59,150 bases of DNA from a virus. Its lineage: Duplodnaviria; Caudoviricetes. Location: positions 1-59,150 of IMG/VR virus record IMGVR_UViG_3300043015_001357. One strand, 5' to 3'. The translations under genes were made by a program, and so were the position numbers. The notes under the pieces were generated by a model, which was not told the DNA's origin, searched no databases, and saw only the letters and a list, made by a program, of their open reading frames with translations. Of this stretch, positions 18,408 through 28,358 are shown one piece after another. The first letter of the stretch is position 1, and every line of letters starts with the position of its first letter.

Positions 18408-20186
18408 TTAGATTACGAAGTAGTTAGAACCATCTGAGATAATGCTAACAGCAGCGCCTTGAGATTCAAGACGAATCTGGCCAGCACCTTCAAGTTCTTC
18501 AGCACCAGCAGGTTCGATTACGGATTCACCGGAACCGATACGCTTGATCTTAAGAACAAGACCTTCCATCTGGCTAGCAGCAGGAAGAGTGAAAGTTTGC
18601 TCTGTAGCATGATCCAAAAGGATTTGAGTACCGTTATCAGAATCGATAGCCGCACCAGCAGAAAGAGTCTGAATGCTTTCAACCATAGCACCAACAACTT
18701 CACCGTAGAAACGAGAAGCCTTGATTGGGTGAGAGAATTCGAAACCGTTTACGCCAGTATCAACTTCAGCAGTCTTCATAGAAGCCCAACCACCATCAAC
18801 ATCACCGAACTCAACACCGTAGTTGTTAGCGAAAGCAGAACTTCCGGAACCAACAGTGATAAGAGCATCAGAGATAGCGAGGTTTGTAGTTTCGATGTAA
18901 GTCAAAGAACCTTGTACATTCAAGCCACCTTGGATCTCAACGTCACCAGAGAAAGTGCGTGAACCAGCGATAGTACTCTTAAGAGCAACACCGTTAGCAG
19001 TAACTTCAAGAGCGTCTGCATCAACAAGAACGTCTGCAGAGAAAATACCAGTGCCAGAAGCATAAGACATATCTACAGAGTTAGAGTCACTAACAGAAAC
19101 AGAAGCACGAGAACGAGCCTCAGTGAAGTACAAGTTAGCAGCACCTTCAGCCAAATCGTCTGTGTCAGCAGCAGCCATCTTAGAATCCCAACGAGCCTCT
19201 GTGTAGTAAAGGTTAGAACCTTCAGCCAAATCAGAAGTGCTGAAATCGTTAAGCTCAGCAATTTTGCTAGAAGCAATTGCACCGCTCAACATTGCATTAG
19301 TTACACCAAGTGGTTGGATAACAGCAGAGAACTCACCAGCAGAATCGTAAGACATATCGATAGAAGTACTATCAGCTACAGAAAGAGCAGCATGTACACG
19401 AGCGTCTGTGTAGTAAAGGTTAGAACCTTCTGCAAGATCACCAGTATCTTTTGCCGCAAGAGCAGAATCAAAACGAGCCTGTGTATAATACAAGTTAGAG
19501 CCTTCAGCCAAATCACCTGTATCGAAAGCATTCAATTCAGCAATTTTAGAAGAAGCGATAGCACCAGAAAGCATAGCATTGGTGATACCGAGAGCCTTAA
19601 CGCGGATACCTTGAACAGCGTCGATCTCCAAAGAAGAACCGTCAACGATAGCGTCTGCAGAAAACTGACCAGAACCGTCATAAGACATGTCGATAGAGTT
19701 AGAATCTGCTACAGAAACTGCTGCGTGAACGCGAGCGTCTGTATAGTAAAGGTTAGAGCCTTCAGCGAGGTCACCTGTATCAGCAGCAGCAAGTTTGTTG
19801 TCGAACATAGTTTCACCGCGAGCAGTTGTCCAGTAAAGGTTTGAACCTTCAGCAAGATCACCTGTGTCGGCTGCAGCCATTTTGCTGTCCCAGCGTGCTT
19901 CTGTATAATACAAGTTAGAACCTTCGGAAAGGTCAGAAGTACTAAAGTCATTAAGTTCTGCGATTTTAGCAGAAGAGATGCCACCACTCAACATAGAGTT
20001 AGTTACACCACCAGCAGCAATACCAAGATTACCGCTTTGGTCTTCCATACCGTCACCAGCGATACCAGAAGCATCAGTAAGATCGATAGTAGAAGCATTA
20101 AGTTGTGAAGATTCTGCAGTAACATCACCTTCTTGAATAACGGACCCACTCAAACGAGCTTGTCCCAATTGAAATTTATAAGCCAT
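18408..20186 (-). CDS. Repeat-containing fibre protein (MAYK family)
   Basis: MAYKFQLGQARLSGS; seven DLxEGxNLYxTxAR repeats; shared C-terminal module. Confidence 0.8.
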   Translation of the reverse strand: MAYKFQLGQARLSGSVIQEGDVTAESSQLNASTIDLTDASGIAGDGMEDQSGNLGIAAGGVTNSMLSGGISSAKIAELNDFSTSDLSEGSNLYYTEARWDSKMAAADTGDLAEGSNLYWTTARGETMFDNKLAAADTGDLAEGSNLYYTDARVHAAVSVADSNSIDMSYDGSGQFSADAIVDGSSLEIDAVQGIRVKALGITNAMLSGAIASSKIAELNAFDTGDLAEGSNLYYTQARFDSALAAKDTGDLAEGSNLYYTDARVHAALSVADSTSIDMSYDSAGEFSAVIQPLGVTNAMLSGAIASSKIAELNDFSTSDLAEGSNLYYTEARWDSKMAAADTDDLAEGAANLYFTEARSRASVSVSDSNSVDMSYASGTGIFSADVLVDADALEVTANGVALKSTIAGSRTFSGDVEIQGGLNVQGSLTYIETTNLAISDALITVGSGSSAFANNYGVEFGDVDGGWASMKTAEVDTGVNGFEFSHPIKASRFYGEVVGAMVESIQTLSAGAAIDSDNGTQILLDHATEQTFTLPAASQMEGLVLKIKRIGSGESVIEPAGAEELEGAGQIRLESQGAAVSIISDGSNYFVI

Positions 20187-20265
20187 AAAAAATCCTCCAA
20201 GAAAATATAGCTAAAGCCCATGTGGGCTTCAATATCTAAGTAGTAGCTAGGAGTCTCAACGGGAA

Positions 20266-21342
20266 TTAGTAGATGAAGAATTTTTCAGAACCGTCACAAT
20301 AGATATTGATTGCTGAATATGGTGATTCAAGTGTTACTGAAAGCACTCCATCGATGGTTTGTGAATTTGTTGTCAAAATTGTAATATTATTGGTATTTGC
20401 GTTTCCACCTTCATCTTTGATGGTGAAAAACTGTCCGCTAGAATAGGTTGATGCATCGGGTAGTCTTATTTCTAAAGGAGCAGAGGCATTGACTCCCAAG
20501 ATACGATCGCTCACAGAAGCGGTAATTGTTGAAGTGACCGCAGTCCTAGAAAAACCAGACGCTCCACCATTAATTGTTACTGTTACGTCTCCACCTGAAT
20601 TGGTAGCAGTTACACCAGCACCGACAAAATCAAGTGAAGTTGCAGTTGTTGTTAAGGTAGTTCCTTCGTCCTTAACTGTTATTGATCCACCACCTCCAGA
20701 GATACCATCAATAACCTCATCAGCCATTTGGCCAACATATAAGAATGCTCTTGCTGTTGTAGGAACTTTTGATAATAGCGGGTCTTGTACAAAGATAACG
20801 CCGTTGTAGTAGTCAATACTCCAGTCTATATCATCTGCTGGGAAGATTCTGTTTCCATTCTGATCGTACAAGGAGAGGTTATATTTGTTGGCCGCAGCAT
20901 TGGATAGAAATGGAGGAACAAGTTGTAGTTTACCTCTCGTATCATATATCTCTTGGCTATCAACAAAGAAACTGGTTCCAGCGTTAGGATTTGAACTACT
21001 AACTTCATAATCACTTGGTAGAGATAAATAATAACCATGGTATGTGTTATCAGAATTCTCAGAGCCTCCTGTTCCAGTGTGACTATCTTCATCATAGTCT
21101 GTACCAAGAATATAATTTACATCAAACTCTATATACTCAACGGTACCGCTTTGTATAGAAAAGAAAGAGGTTGTATCAACAGTATTCGGAACAGACTCTC
21201 CAAAAGTAGTTTGAGTCGTTGCTTGGGTGTTTGAGGGAAAATTCTCGTTATCTATTTCTTTGAGGTTACTGGTGTGTGCTTTACCAAGAACCTTTTTAAC
21301 CGCAATATTGATAAGTGTATCATTTACTCTTTCGTTAGCCAT
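20266..21342 (-). CDS. Virion structural protein with the shared C-terminal fibre module
   Basis: KKVLGKAHTS, DWSIDYYNGVIFVQD, ITVKDEGTTLTT-LDFVGAGVTAT, IKDEGGNANTNNITI. Confidence 0.7.
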   Translation of the reverse strand: MANERVNDTLINIAVKKVLGKAHTSNLKEIDNENFPSNTQATTQTTFGESVPNTVDTTSFFSIQSGTVEYIEFDVNYILGTDYDEDSHTGTGGSENSDNTYHGYYLSLPSDYEVSSSNPNAGTSFFVDSQEIYDTRGKLQLVPPFLSNAAANKYNLSLYDQNGNRIFPADDIDWSIDYYNGVIFVQDPLLSKVPTTARAFLYVGQMADEVIDGISGGGGSITVKDEGTTLTTTATSLDFVGAGVTATNSGGDVTVTINGGASGFSRTAVTSTITASVSDRILGVNASAPLEIRLPDASTYSSGQFFTIKDEGGNANTNNITILTTNSQTIDGVLSVTLESPYSAINIYCDGSEKFFIY

Positions 21343-21343
21343 T

Positions 21344-24300
21344 TTAGTATGCCATCCTTATCTCAGACAGATAACCTGTCCAATCTTTATGTGCGGTTAT
21401 TTTAACGACAAAGTATTGGTTGTTATAGATACCTTTGCTTTGGAATCCGAGGTTGACTTGAGCACCATCTCCGTCAACATTTGAATCCAAAGTACCAGTA
21501 TACAAACCCGCTCCATCAACAGTCAAGTCTTGCTGGTCATCTAGTGGAGAACCTACATCACACCATCCGGTTGATTTGTCATTGTTACCAGTGTAAGTAG
21601 GGTCACTTGGAACCTTAAGTTCTACCTTAATATTGTTATTTGCTCCGACAGTTCCATCAGCAGCAATGATTGTTGCATCTCCGAATAATGTAATACTTGG
21701 TGAAGTTACAAGAACACCGGAAGTGTTTCTAAAATATCTATAGAACGTTCTTTCGCTCTCGGCCAATCCAGCATCAGAATAGTTTGGATTTCCTGCAGGA
21801 GCCTGAAGTCCGGTTGAACCTTCACTATCATTTCTTGTATCCCCAGCATTACCAATTTGTAAAGGAGAAATAGCATATCCATTTATAGTAACAAGACCAT
21901 CAGAATGTTCAACATAAGAAAGAGTATCGTTCATTGAGACTGTTGAATCCCAAGTATTAGCAGAAGAAGTTACTGCTGCTTGGTTTGCGTAGTTGCCGGA
22001 TACAATACGATAATCTTCTGAAGTGAAGTATTCGTTTATATTTTCATTTGAAGTGTTAGAGCCAGAGAAAACCATGAAACTGGTTTTTGTTTCACTTGCG
22101 CCTCGTGCATATCCACCGTTCTTAAATGGATGCTTGATCTCGGAACGAGCAAGAACATCATAAGCAGTAAACAAACCAAGACCACCACTAATAGAATTGT
22201 CTAGTCTAGAATATGTTAGAGAACCGGTCATTTGGAAAGATTGCTCTTCACAGTCATTTGTATTGTTTAGAACAGCCATTGGTATACCATTATTTGATAC
22301 AGGGGCAGAAGAAGTGGTGATGATACCAGAGCCACTCACGCGAATATTACTAACGGCAAGGTTTGTAATTTGATACATACGAACTGCATCGTTATCATCG
22401 CTATATACATTTCTATAGAAGTTATTTGCAACACAAGTGTAACTTGCTGTTGGAGATGAAGCGAAGTATCCAATACCTGATTGATAATATACATCTGTGT
22501 GATTGAAGTCTGTCATCGCTGTGTTAGTAACAGATAGGTCATCAACAGAACCAGAAGGGTCAACTACCCATTCAATATAATTTGTTGTTTGATCTCCACT
22601 ACCTGGTATTCTGTGTATAATTCTGGCGTAGTTCCAGCCTTCACGTTGTTCAGAAGAATCAATATTGTAGGTACCGGTACGATATGGTTTTGTGTAGTGT
22701 GGTATACCAGAAAGAGTGCTGAAAGAAACCCCTGAGAGGTTAAACCCAGAGCCGTTTGCATTTGTAGAAGAAATTAAAGCCAAGTCCTGATCTAGGTCAA
22801 CAGAATGAACTTCAGTTCCATTAATTTCTAAAATAAGATCTCCGACATATCCGTCGAAGAAAGCGTCATCGGGATACCCAGAACCTCCACCAATAGCGTC
22901 ATTTATCGTGCCTTCAATATCAACCGAAGCAGAAAAAATACCTCGTCTGTTGTCTGTGATATTATAAAGGTCATTTGAGTCAAATGTATCCAGCGGTATA
23001 CCAGAAGGGGTTACATTTGTGTAATCAGGTATGCTGTTTGATGAGCCAAACGATAAGTTTGCCGCTATACCAGTTACGTCTCCATTAATATCACTTAGTG
23101 TTTGCGGAGTTGCTTGATTTTGGTTTGCAGGAAGTGTAAAGGACATCTGCGCGATATAGCCAGACCATGATGCATCACCAACAAACTTAATAACAACATA
23201 ATCATTAGCAGAAACGTTTAGGGTTCCAAAAGTGATATAGTGAGTATTGTTACCAGAATCAGTATCGTTTGCTGCTGTGCTGATTAAGGCACCATCGCCA
23301 TCAGAAGTGTTTCCATAAGAAAATGCTTGGCTTATATCCATCCACCCTGTTGTTCCGGGAACTTTGATGTAAGCATTAAGATTTCCGGTTCCAAGAGCAG
23401 AATTGTTGAATAGTGTTGCCGATTTGGTTGTTGATATCAACATGTTATATACATCATATGTATTTGTGTTCTGAATCTTTCTGAACCATGTTCTTGTTCC
23501 TGTTACACTAGAATAATTTGGATTACCAGATTCTCCGTTTGCAAGAGCAGAAAAGTCTCCACTGTTTGGCAAGTCTGCATCTCGTGGAGAATAAAGCCTT
23601 CCACTGAACTCTGATGTGCCAATCTGAAGAAGTCCATTTGCATGATCTCCTGCTCCTTGCTCAGTCATATCCACAAGACTGCTCCAACCAGCCGCTTGGT
23701 CTGTGACTGAACCCTGTGTATCATAAGACCCTGAGACTAGTCGTCTTGCTTCGTCAATAAAAGTCTCAGTTGTATTGGAACTTACAGGTGGAGTGTTATC
23801 GAATATTAGAAACCCAGTTGCTGTTGCAACCCCAGAGTTATTTAGATTTGCTTTTAAAGGGTGGGTAACATTTATCCCTAGTCCGATGGTCTGCGATGGA
23901 TATAGAACGCCTTGTAGGTTAAAACTTGCTGTAATAGGCAGAACCTTTGTCTCATCTTCACCAAGTCCGAGGTCTGGAACACTTTGAGCAGAAGGTTGAG
24001 TTGCTCTTGTTGTTGAGAACGATATTGGAGTTCCGGTTGGAAAAACATTTCTGTATATGTTGTTTATCTCTGCCTTATAACTGGCTGTGATTTGTGTGTT
24101 ATATTCAACACCTGAGAGGTAGATACTTCCATTTGTTACAATGTCTTCTACTCTTTCGTTTGAGATTGAGAGTGCTTGTGCTGCTCCATCTGGGTCGTTA
24201 ACCCATTCGATATAGTTTGAAGCGTAATCTGTTGATCCGATTGTGTGAATAACTCTCAGATAGTTCCAGCCTTTGTTTTGGTCTCCGGAGTCAATCTGAT

Positions 24301-25348
24301 ACTTTGCTGTTCTGTATTGATATTGAACCCATTCAGATCCGTTACCATCATATGAAGAAGCGGAGACAGAAACATCAATGAAGCCTGAGTTGCTAGTTAG
24401 AGAGTCTGCTGTACCTGACCCTGGATCACCTGCTCCCGTAAATGAACTAAGGTCAACAGAATGTATGACTGTACCATTGAGTTCAAGTTTGAGTGTACCG
24501 TTATTTGCTTGCCCGAAAGCATCTGCTGTATACACAACATTAGAATTGATTTCATTAAGAGTGACATCGTAATTTACTGTACCTGTGAATGTCTGTCCGT
24601 TATAGATTCCAAGCTTGAAGTTTGAGTCTGCTGTGTCCGCCTCATAAATACCATTTCTCGGAATTGCAGTAAAACCACCTTCTGTTGAAGAGGCAGTGTA
24701 ATCTGTGATAGGGTTGGAGTCATCAAATGATAATTTGGCTGAGATACCATTCGATTGGTCATAATCAATTGACTGAACCTTTGGCGTTATTGGTGGAGAT
24801 ATGATTTTTAATATCTCATTGAATCTATCAATGGCTGTTCCAATTGGAGTTGTTGGGGTAAAATCTGTATAAAGGCCGTCTGTATAGTCTCCGTCCTCTG
24901 CTTCTCCAATAACGCCTGTGGCTTCTCCACCACCTGCTGATGATGTGAGGATAACGTTATTATTTGAATCAAGAGCAAGATAACTTGAAGCATTTGCGCC
25001 TGTTCCGGAAGCAAGACCACTAAAGTTTGCTGTCGATGAAGTGACTGAGTTAACGGACATGCTGAGAGTTGAAGTATTTCCAACTGTCAATACATCATCC
25101 AAAGAACGGTCTGGGTGTGATATACCTGTGAGGTTAGAACCATCTCCATAAAAGTAAGAAGCAGAGATATTAGCAGATGCGCTAACGTCTCCGTCTACTT
25201 CTAGAACATTGGAACCAGTATTGAATATAAGAGCACTAGACCCTGTTAGCCTCTGTTGATCTCTTTTTAATAATACGGACCCCGATGGTCCCGGAACATC
25301 GGTGACACCATTACCGTCACCAACGTATGCCCAGCCGAATTCAGCCAT
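21344..25348 (-). CDS. Large virion structural protein with internal duplication
   Basis: 1334 aa, Ser/Thr/Gly/Asn rich; two homologous halves. Confidence 0.75.
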   Translation of the reverse strand: MAEFGWAYVGDGNGVTDVPGPSGSVLLKRDQQRLTGSSALIFNTGSNVLEVDGDVSASANISASYFYGDGSNLTGISHPDRSLDDVLTVGNTSTLSMSVNSVTSSTANFSGLASGTGANASSYLALDSNNNVILTSSAGGGEATGVIGEAEDGDYTDGLYTDFTPTTPIGTAIDRFNEILKIISPPITPKVQSIDYDQSNGISAKLSFDDSNPITDYTASSTEGGFTAIPRNGIYEADTADSNFKLGIYNGQTFTGTVNYDVTLNEINSNVVYTADAFGQANNGTLKLELNGTVIHSVDLSSFTGAGDPGSGTADSLTSNSGFIDVSVSASSYDGNGSEWVQYQYRTAKYQIDSGDQNKGWNYLRVIHTIGSTDYASNYIEWVNDPDGAAQALSISNERVEDIVTNGSIYLSGVEYNTQITASYKAEINNIYRNVFPTGTPISFSTTRATQPSAQSVPDLGLGEDETKVLPITASFNLQGVLYPSQTIGLGINVTHPLKANLNNSGVATATGFLIFDNTPPVSSNTTETFIDEARRLVSGSYDTQGSVTDQAAGWSSLVDMTEQGAGDHANGLLQIGTSEFSGRLYSPRDADLPNSGDFSALANGESGNPNYSSVTGTRTWFRKIQNTNTYDVYNMLISTTKSATLFNNSALGTGNLNAYIKVPGTTGWMDISQAFSYGNTSDGDGALISTAANDTDSGNNTHYITFGTLNVSANDYVVIKFVGDASWSGYIAQMSFTLPANQNQATPQTLSDINGDVTGIAANLSFGSSNSIPDYTNVTPSGIPLDTFDSNDLYNITDNRRGIFSASVDIEGTINDAIGGGSGYPDDAFFDGYVGDLILEINGTEVHSVDLDQDLALISSTNANGSGFNLSGVSFSTLSGIPHYTKPYRTGTYNIDSSEQREGWNYARIIHRIPGSGDQTTNYIEWVVDPSGSVDDLSVTNTAMTDFNHTDVYYQSGIGYFASSPTASYTCVANNFYRNVYSDDNDAVRMYQITNLAVSNIRVSGSGIITTSSAPVSNNGIPMAVLNNTNDCEEQSFQMTGSLTYSRLDNSISGGLGLFTAYDVLARSEIKHPFKNGGYARGASETKTSFMVFSGSNTSNENINEYFTSEDYRIVSGNYANQAAVTSSANTWDSTVSMNDTLSYVEHSDGLVTINGYAISPLQIGNAGDTRNDSEGSTGLQAPAGNPNYSDAGLAESERTFYRYFRNTSGVLVTSPSITLFGDATIIAADGTVGANNNIKVELKVPSDPTYTGNNDKSTGWCDVGSPLDDQQDLTVDGAGLYTGTLDSNVDGDGAQVNLGFQSKGIYNNQYFVVKITAHKDWTGYLSEIRMAY

Positions 25349-25358
25349 TTATCCTCCC

Positions 25359-25742
25359 TTAGCCTACACCAACAGAACCAGACCAGTTATTTCCAACTAT
25401 AGTGCCATCTCCAGCGAGTAAATTAACCCTTTCAACTGGAATATTTGTAAGACCTGCAACTATTGAAATATCAGTTGTAGCATCTAGATATAGCTCAGTT
25501 ATCTTGAGATGCAAAGGTTCAGTTGAGGATTCACCAGGAACAACAAAGTTTTCTGTGCCGCTCAATCCCAACTCTGAAAATGCGATGGTTCTATCGGTAG
25601 AACCGCTGTTAATAATTTTAACCCAACTCGTTACATATGGGAATTCTACAGTTGTCGTCGAAGGCGTAATAGCAAATGGTCGACCCGATACTTGATATGA
25701 GCCGACGTTATTCAAACCGACTGTATATGTAAAACTTGACAT
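25359..25742 (-). CDS. Small putative virion protein
   Basis: VGLNNVGSYQVSGRPF; SD GGAG and ACTAATTA motif (25762-25769) upstream. Confidence 0.7.
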   Translation of the reverse strand: MSSFTYTVGLNNVGSYQVSGRPFAITPSTTTVEFPYVTSWVKIINSGSTDRTIAFSELGLSGTENFVVPGESSTEPLHLKITELYLDATTDISIVAGLTNIPVERVNLLAGDGTIVGNNWSGSVGVG

Positions 25743-25760
25743 AATTTCTCCAAAACTAAC

Positions 25761-25976
25761 TTAATTAGTGTTTTTTTTATCTTTTTGTTCTTTTTTCTTT
25801 CGACGAGCAATAGCACGTTGCTTAGCACGTCTTTTAACATCTGATTTCTTTGTGTGATGTCTTCTCTCTCTTACTTCTTCCAAAAGTCCGAGTTTCTTGA
25901 TCTTTCTTGTGAAACGTTTGATCAAACGATCACCGCTTTCGTTTCTACGCGGTTTAATTGTTAGTCTTGAAGCCAT
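25761..25976 (-). CDS. rpsU: Ribosomal protein bS21 (phage-encoded)
   Basis: 71 aa, very basic; NESGDRLIKRFTRKIKKLGLLEEVRERRHHTKKSDVKRR matches the bS21 pattern. Confidence 0.88.
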   Translation of the reverse strand: MASRLTIKPRRNESGDRLIKRFTRKIKKLGLLEEVRERRHHTKKSDVKRRAKQRAIARRKKKEQKDKKNTN

Positions 25977-26386
25977 TAATCCTTTCCTGATAGTTTCTGC
26001 CAGATCTTTGCTGAATGACCTGAGAAAATGTTTGATATATCAACTCCGGGGTCATTTGGAGCAACACTATCAAGTGGTCCTTGTCCATGACTAGATCTTG
26101 GAGCAGGTGTAGGTGTTGTGCCTTCGAATAGATCAACACCATTATAAGCATCTTTACCTATTGAATCAAGGAGTTGACGCTTTCTCATTTTTGCTTCTTT
26201 CAATTTTCTCTCACGTTCAGCGAAGTCTTGTTTGGGTTGTTTGGTCTCAACAATTCGTTCAGAACCAGAGGTGCCTTTCATAACTTCGCTTATAATAGTA
26301 GAAAGAGCGCCCTCTTCAAAGATCACCTCTTTGATGCACTCTTTAATTAGCGGCTTTAGCATATTTTTCAATTCGTTCTTTTTCAT
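25976..26386 (-). CDS. Hypothetical protein
   Basis: MKKNELKNMLKPLIKECIKEVIFEE; GVDLFEGT; DPGVDIS. Confidence 0.75.
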   Translation of the reverse strand: MKKNELKNMLKPLIKECIKEVIFEEGALSTIISEVMKGTSGSERIVETKQPKQDFAERERKLKEAKMRKRQLLDSIGKDAYNGVDLFEGTTPTPAPRSSHGQGPLDSVAPNDPGVDISNIFSGHSAKIWQKLSGKD

Positions 26387-26950
26387 TTATTCTCCAAAGG
26401 GTAGTGGCATTTGTTCGGCTTCAAATTGAGCACCTTTAACTAGTGATGTATACTTACCGTCTTCTGAGGCATGAAAGTATACTTGTTCTGCACTAACTAG
26501 TTTTTTTCCATCTATGTGAAAGAATTTGTTCTCTCCAAATGGATTGAACCCAAAAGGCACAAAGTCTTCAAGATCTTGTCCTTCCTTGGTCTCAATCACT
26601 GTACCAGAAACACCAGCAACCAAAGTTCTGTGTCCGGTCTGTGCTACTTTTTCTGCACCAGCTTCACTAATTTGAAACACTATTGGGCTTCCAAGACGAA
26701 TACAATTAGTGTAATAGAGAGGGGAACCTTTTCTGTTTCCTTTATTGTTAACTCCGTAGAGACCAATCATACCGTTCTTGCCTTGATTTCTATGAGTTCT
26801 ATTTGTATGACTCCATAATCTTTCACCTATTAGGTCGTCTCCATCTTTATAGTTCTCAACCGGTTTTAGCGAGTCATAATACTGCTCGTCTATCACCGCT
26901 TGCAATTCTTCTTTAACAATATTCTTTAGTTGTTCTGATGTGATTTCCAT
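26387..26950 (-). CDS. Hypothetical protein with IxKEEL-type leader
   Basis: MEITSEQLKNIVKEELQAVIDE; TAATG-coupled to the protease gene. Confidence 0.75.
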   Translation of the reverse strand: MEITSEQLKNIVKEELQAVIDEQYYDSLKPVENYKDGDDLIGERLWSHTNRTHRNQGKNGMIGLYGVNNKGNRKGSPLYYTNCIRLGSPIVFQISEAGAEKVAQTGHRTLVAGVSGTVIETKEGQDLEDFVPFGFNPFGENKFFHIDGKKLVSAEQVYFHASEDGKYTSLVKGAQFEAEQMPLPFGE

Positions 26951-27564
26951 TAGTCTTCCAATATCTTCTTAAATAAATCATCAACAATGTTTTGTTTTGC
27001 TTCGTTGATTTTATTCTCGTACATTCCACGTTGAGATTTAGGATATACAAAAGCATTTGGTGTTGATGGCTCGGAAACAATATCAAAACAGATGAGTTCA
27101 AAGTCTTCTTGAACAACAATTCCGCCACCCATTGATTCTTTTACAGAGCCAAGCCCACGAGAAGATATTCCAAGTTTAACACCAGCATTGATAAGATCTT
27201 TAAGGATACGACCAGAAGGCGTATCAAGGACTTTGATCTTACCCATAACATCCTTACCTTCCCACCATACATCTGTAATCATATGGGAGACATTCTTAAG
27301 GTTGATAACAGAATCATCAGGGTGATCAAGTTCACCACAGGCACGATTATCTTGAACAATCTTCTTGTAATTGTCAACTTCACGCTTTAAAACCTTAAAA
27401 GGATAAGATCTTCCGTTTCCGTTTTTCTTATCAGCAGTTTGAATACGACCGGACAAATATAGTGTGCCGTTTTCAACTTCTCTCTTTTCTCTCTCAGAAA
27501 GAAGATCTCGGCAAATTCCATCTTTGCAAAGTTCGTTAAATTCTGTTAATAGTTGTTTTGGCAT
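26950..27564 (-). CDS. gp21: Prohead core protease (T4 gp21 family)
   Basis: KNGNGRSYP, GELDHP, NVSH, LDTPSGRIL, LGISSRGLGS, FDIVSEPSTPNAF. Confidence 0.95.
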   Translation of the reverse strand: MPKQLLTEFNELCKDGICRDLLSEREKREVENGTLYLSGRIQTADKKNGNGRSYPFKVLKREVDNYKKIVQDNRACGELDHPDDSVINLKNVSHMITDVWWEGKDVMGKIKVLDTPSGRILKDLINAGVKLGISSRGLGSVKESMGGGIVVQEDFELICFDIVSEPSTPNAFVYPKSQRGMYENKINEAKQNIVDDLFKKILED

Positions 27565-28319
27565 TATGGTTCCTCTGCTATTTTTTTTAATAATTCTGTA
27601 TTATCAATAGATACAATTTCATCAAAACCCTCTTCCACAGAGGGGGGCTCATATCTAGAAATCATACTTTTAATCAATTTTAAATCAATTGTTTTAGATT
27701 TTCCCTGTTTTTTTGCTTCTTGATTTCTTTTCTCTGCAACTGCTGCGACAATTTCCGGCGATGGATATTTAAAGTCTACTGCGATTTTCTTATACTCGTC
27801 CTCACGTCCTTCAATAGCTCCAAGAGCACCTTTTCGTGCACCAGCGCTCATATTGGTCATATCTACTACAATATCTAAACCACTATCCTTAGCAGCATTA
27901 AAATTAGTCATATGTTCAGAATGCACCTCACCATTCGCTTTCATAACCTTTGAATAAACCTGTTTTGGAGCACCTGGCCATTTCATATATGAAGGAGCAG
28001 GTTCCACAAACCCATACTTAGAATGATGAGGTATTTTTTGTTTTGTTCCATCTTCAAGCTCTATCTCTTTCTCTTCGTTCGGAGGTATTAATGATGGGTC
28101 CACAAACATATCATCGTATGTCCATCCATAACTTTCAGCAATTTTTTCTGCTATAACATCTCTATTAATAATATATGGGTTGGTATCACCAAATGTACTT
28201 CTAATCCATGATGATTTGCCAACAGATGGCGGACCGACAAGAACAAAAATTTTCTTCATACCTTCCGTTTCTTCTTTTAAAAATCTTCTCCAAGATTCCA
28301 TAATCATTTTTGTTTTCAC
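27564..28319 (-). CDS. P-loop kinase (AAA_33/PNK-like) with capsid-targeting-like leader
   Basis: GTG start after GGAG; leader MIMESWRRFLKEE; Walker A GPPSVGKS; IVVDMTN...R. Confidence 0.8.
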   Translation of the reverse strand: MKTKMIMESWRRFLKEETEGMKKIFVLVGPPSVGKSSWIRSTFGDTNPYIINRDVIAEKIAESYGWTYDDMFVDPSLIPPNEEKEIELEDGTKQKIPHHSKYGFVEPAPSYMKWPGAPKQVYSKVMKANGEVHSEHMTNFNAAKDSGLDIVVDMTNMSAGARKGALGAIEGREDEYKKIAVDFKYPSPEIVAAVAEKRNQEAKKQGKSKTIDLKLIKSMISRYEPPSVEEGFDEIVSIDNTELLKKIAEEP

Positions 28320-28329
28320 TAAATTCTCC

Positions 28330-28355
28330 AAAAAATAAGCGGGCGCTACCCGCTC
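28330..28355 (-). terminator. GC-rich hairpin with T-tail (probable terminator)
   Basis: AGCGGG-TAGCG-CCCGCT followed by TATTTTTT. Confidence 0.6.
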
Positions 28356-28358
28356 GTG

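Noticed and set aside
19060-20010. DNA repeats resembling a CRISPR array or DGR template/variable pair
   Set aside because: They are in-frame protein repeats with synonymous variation, not unique spacers or adenine-specific changes; no RT or cas gene in the window
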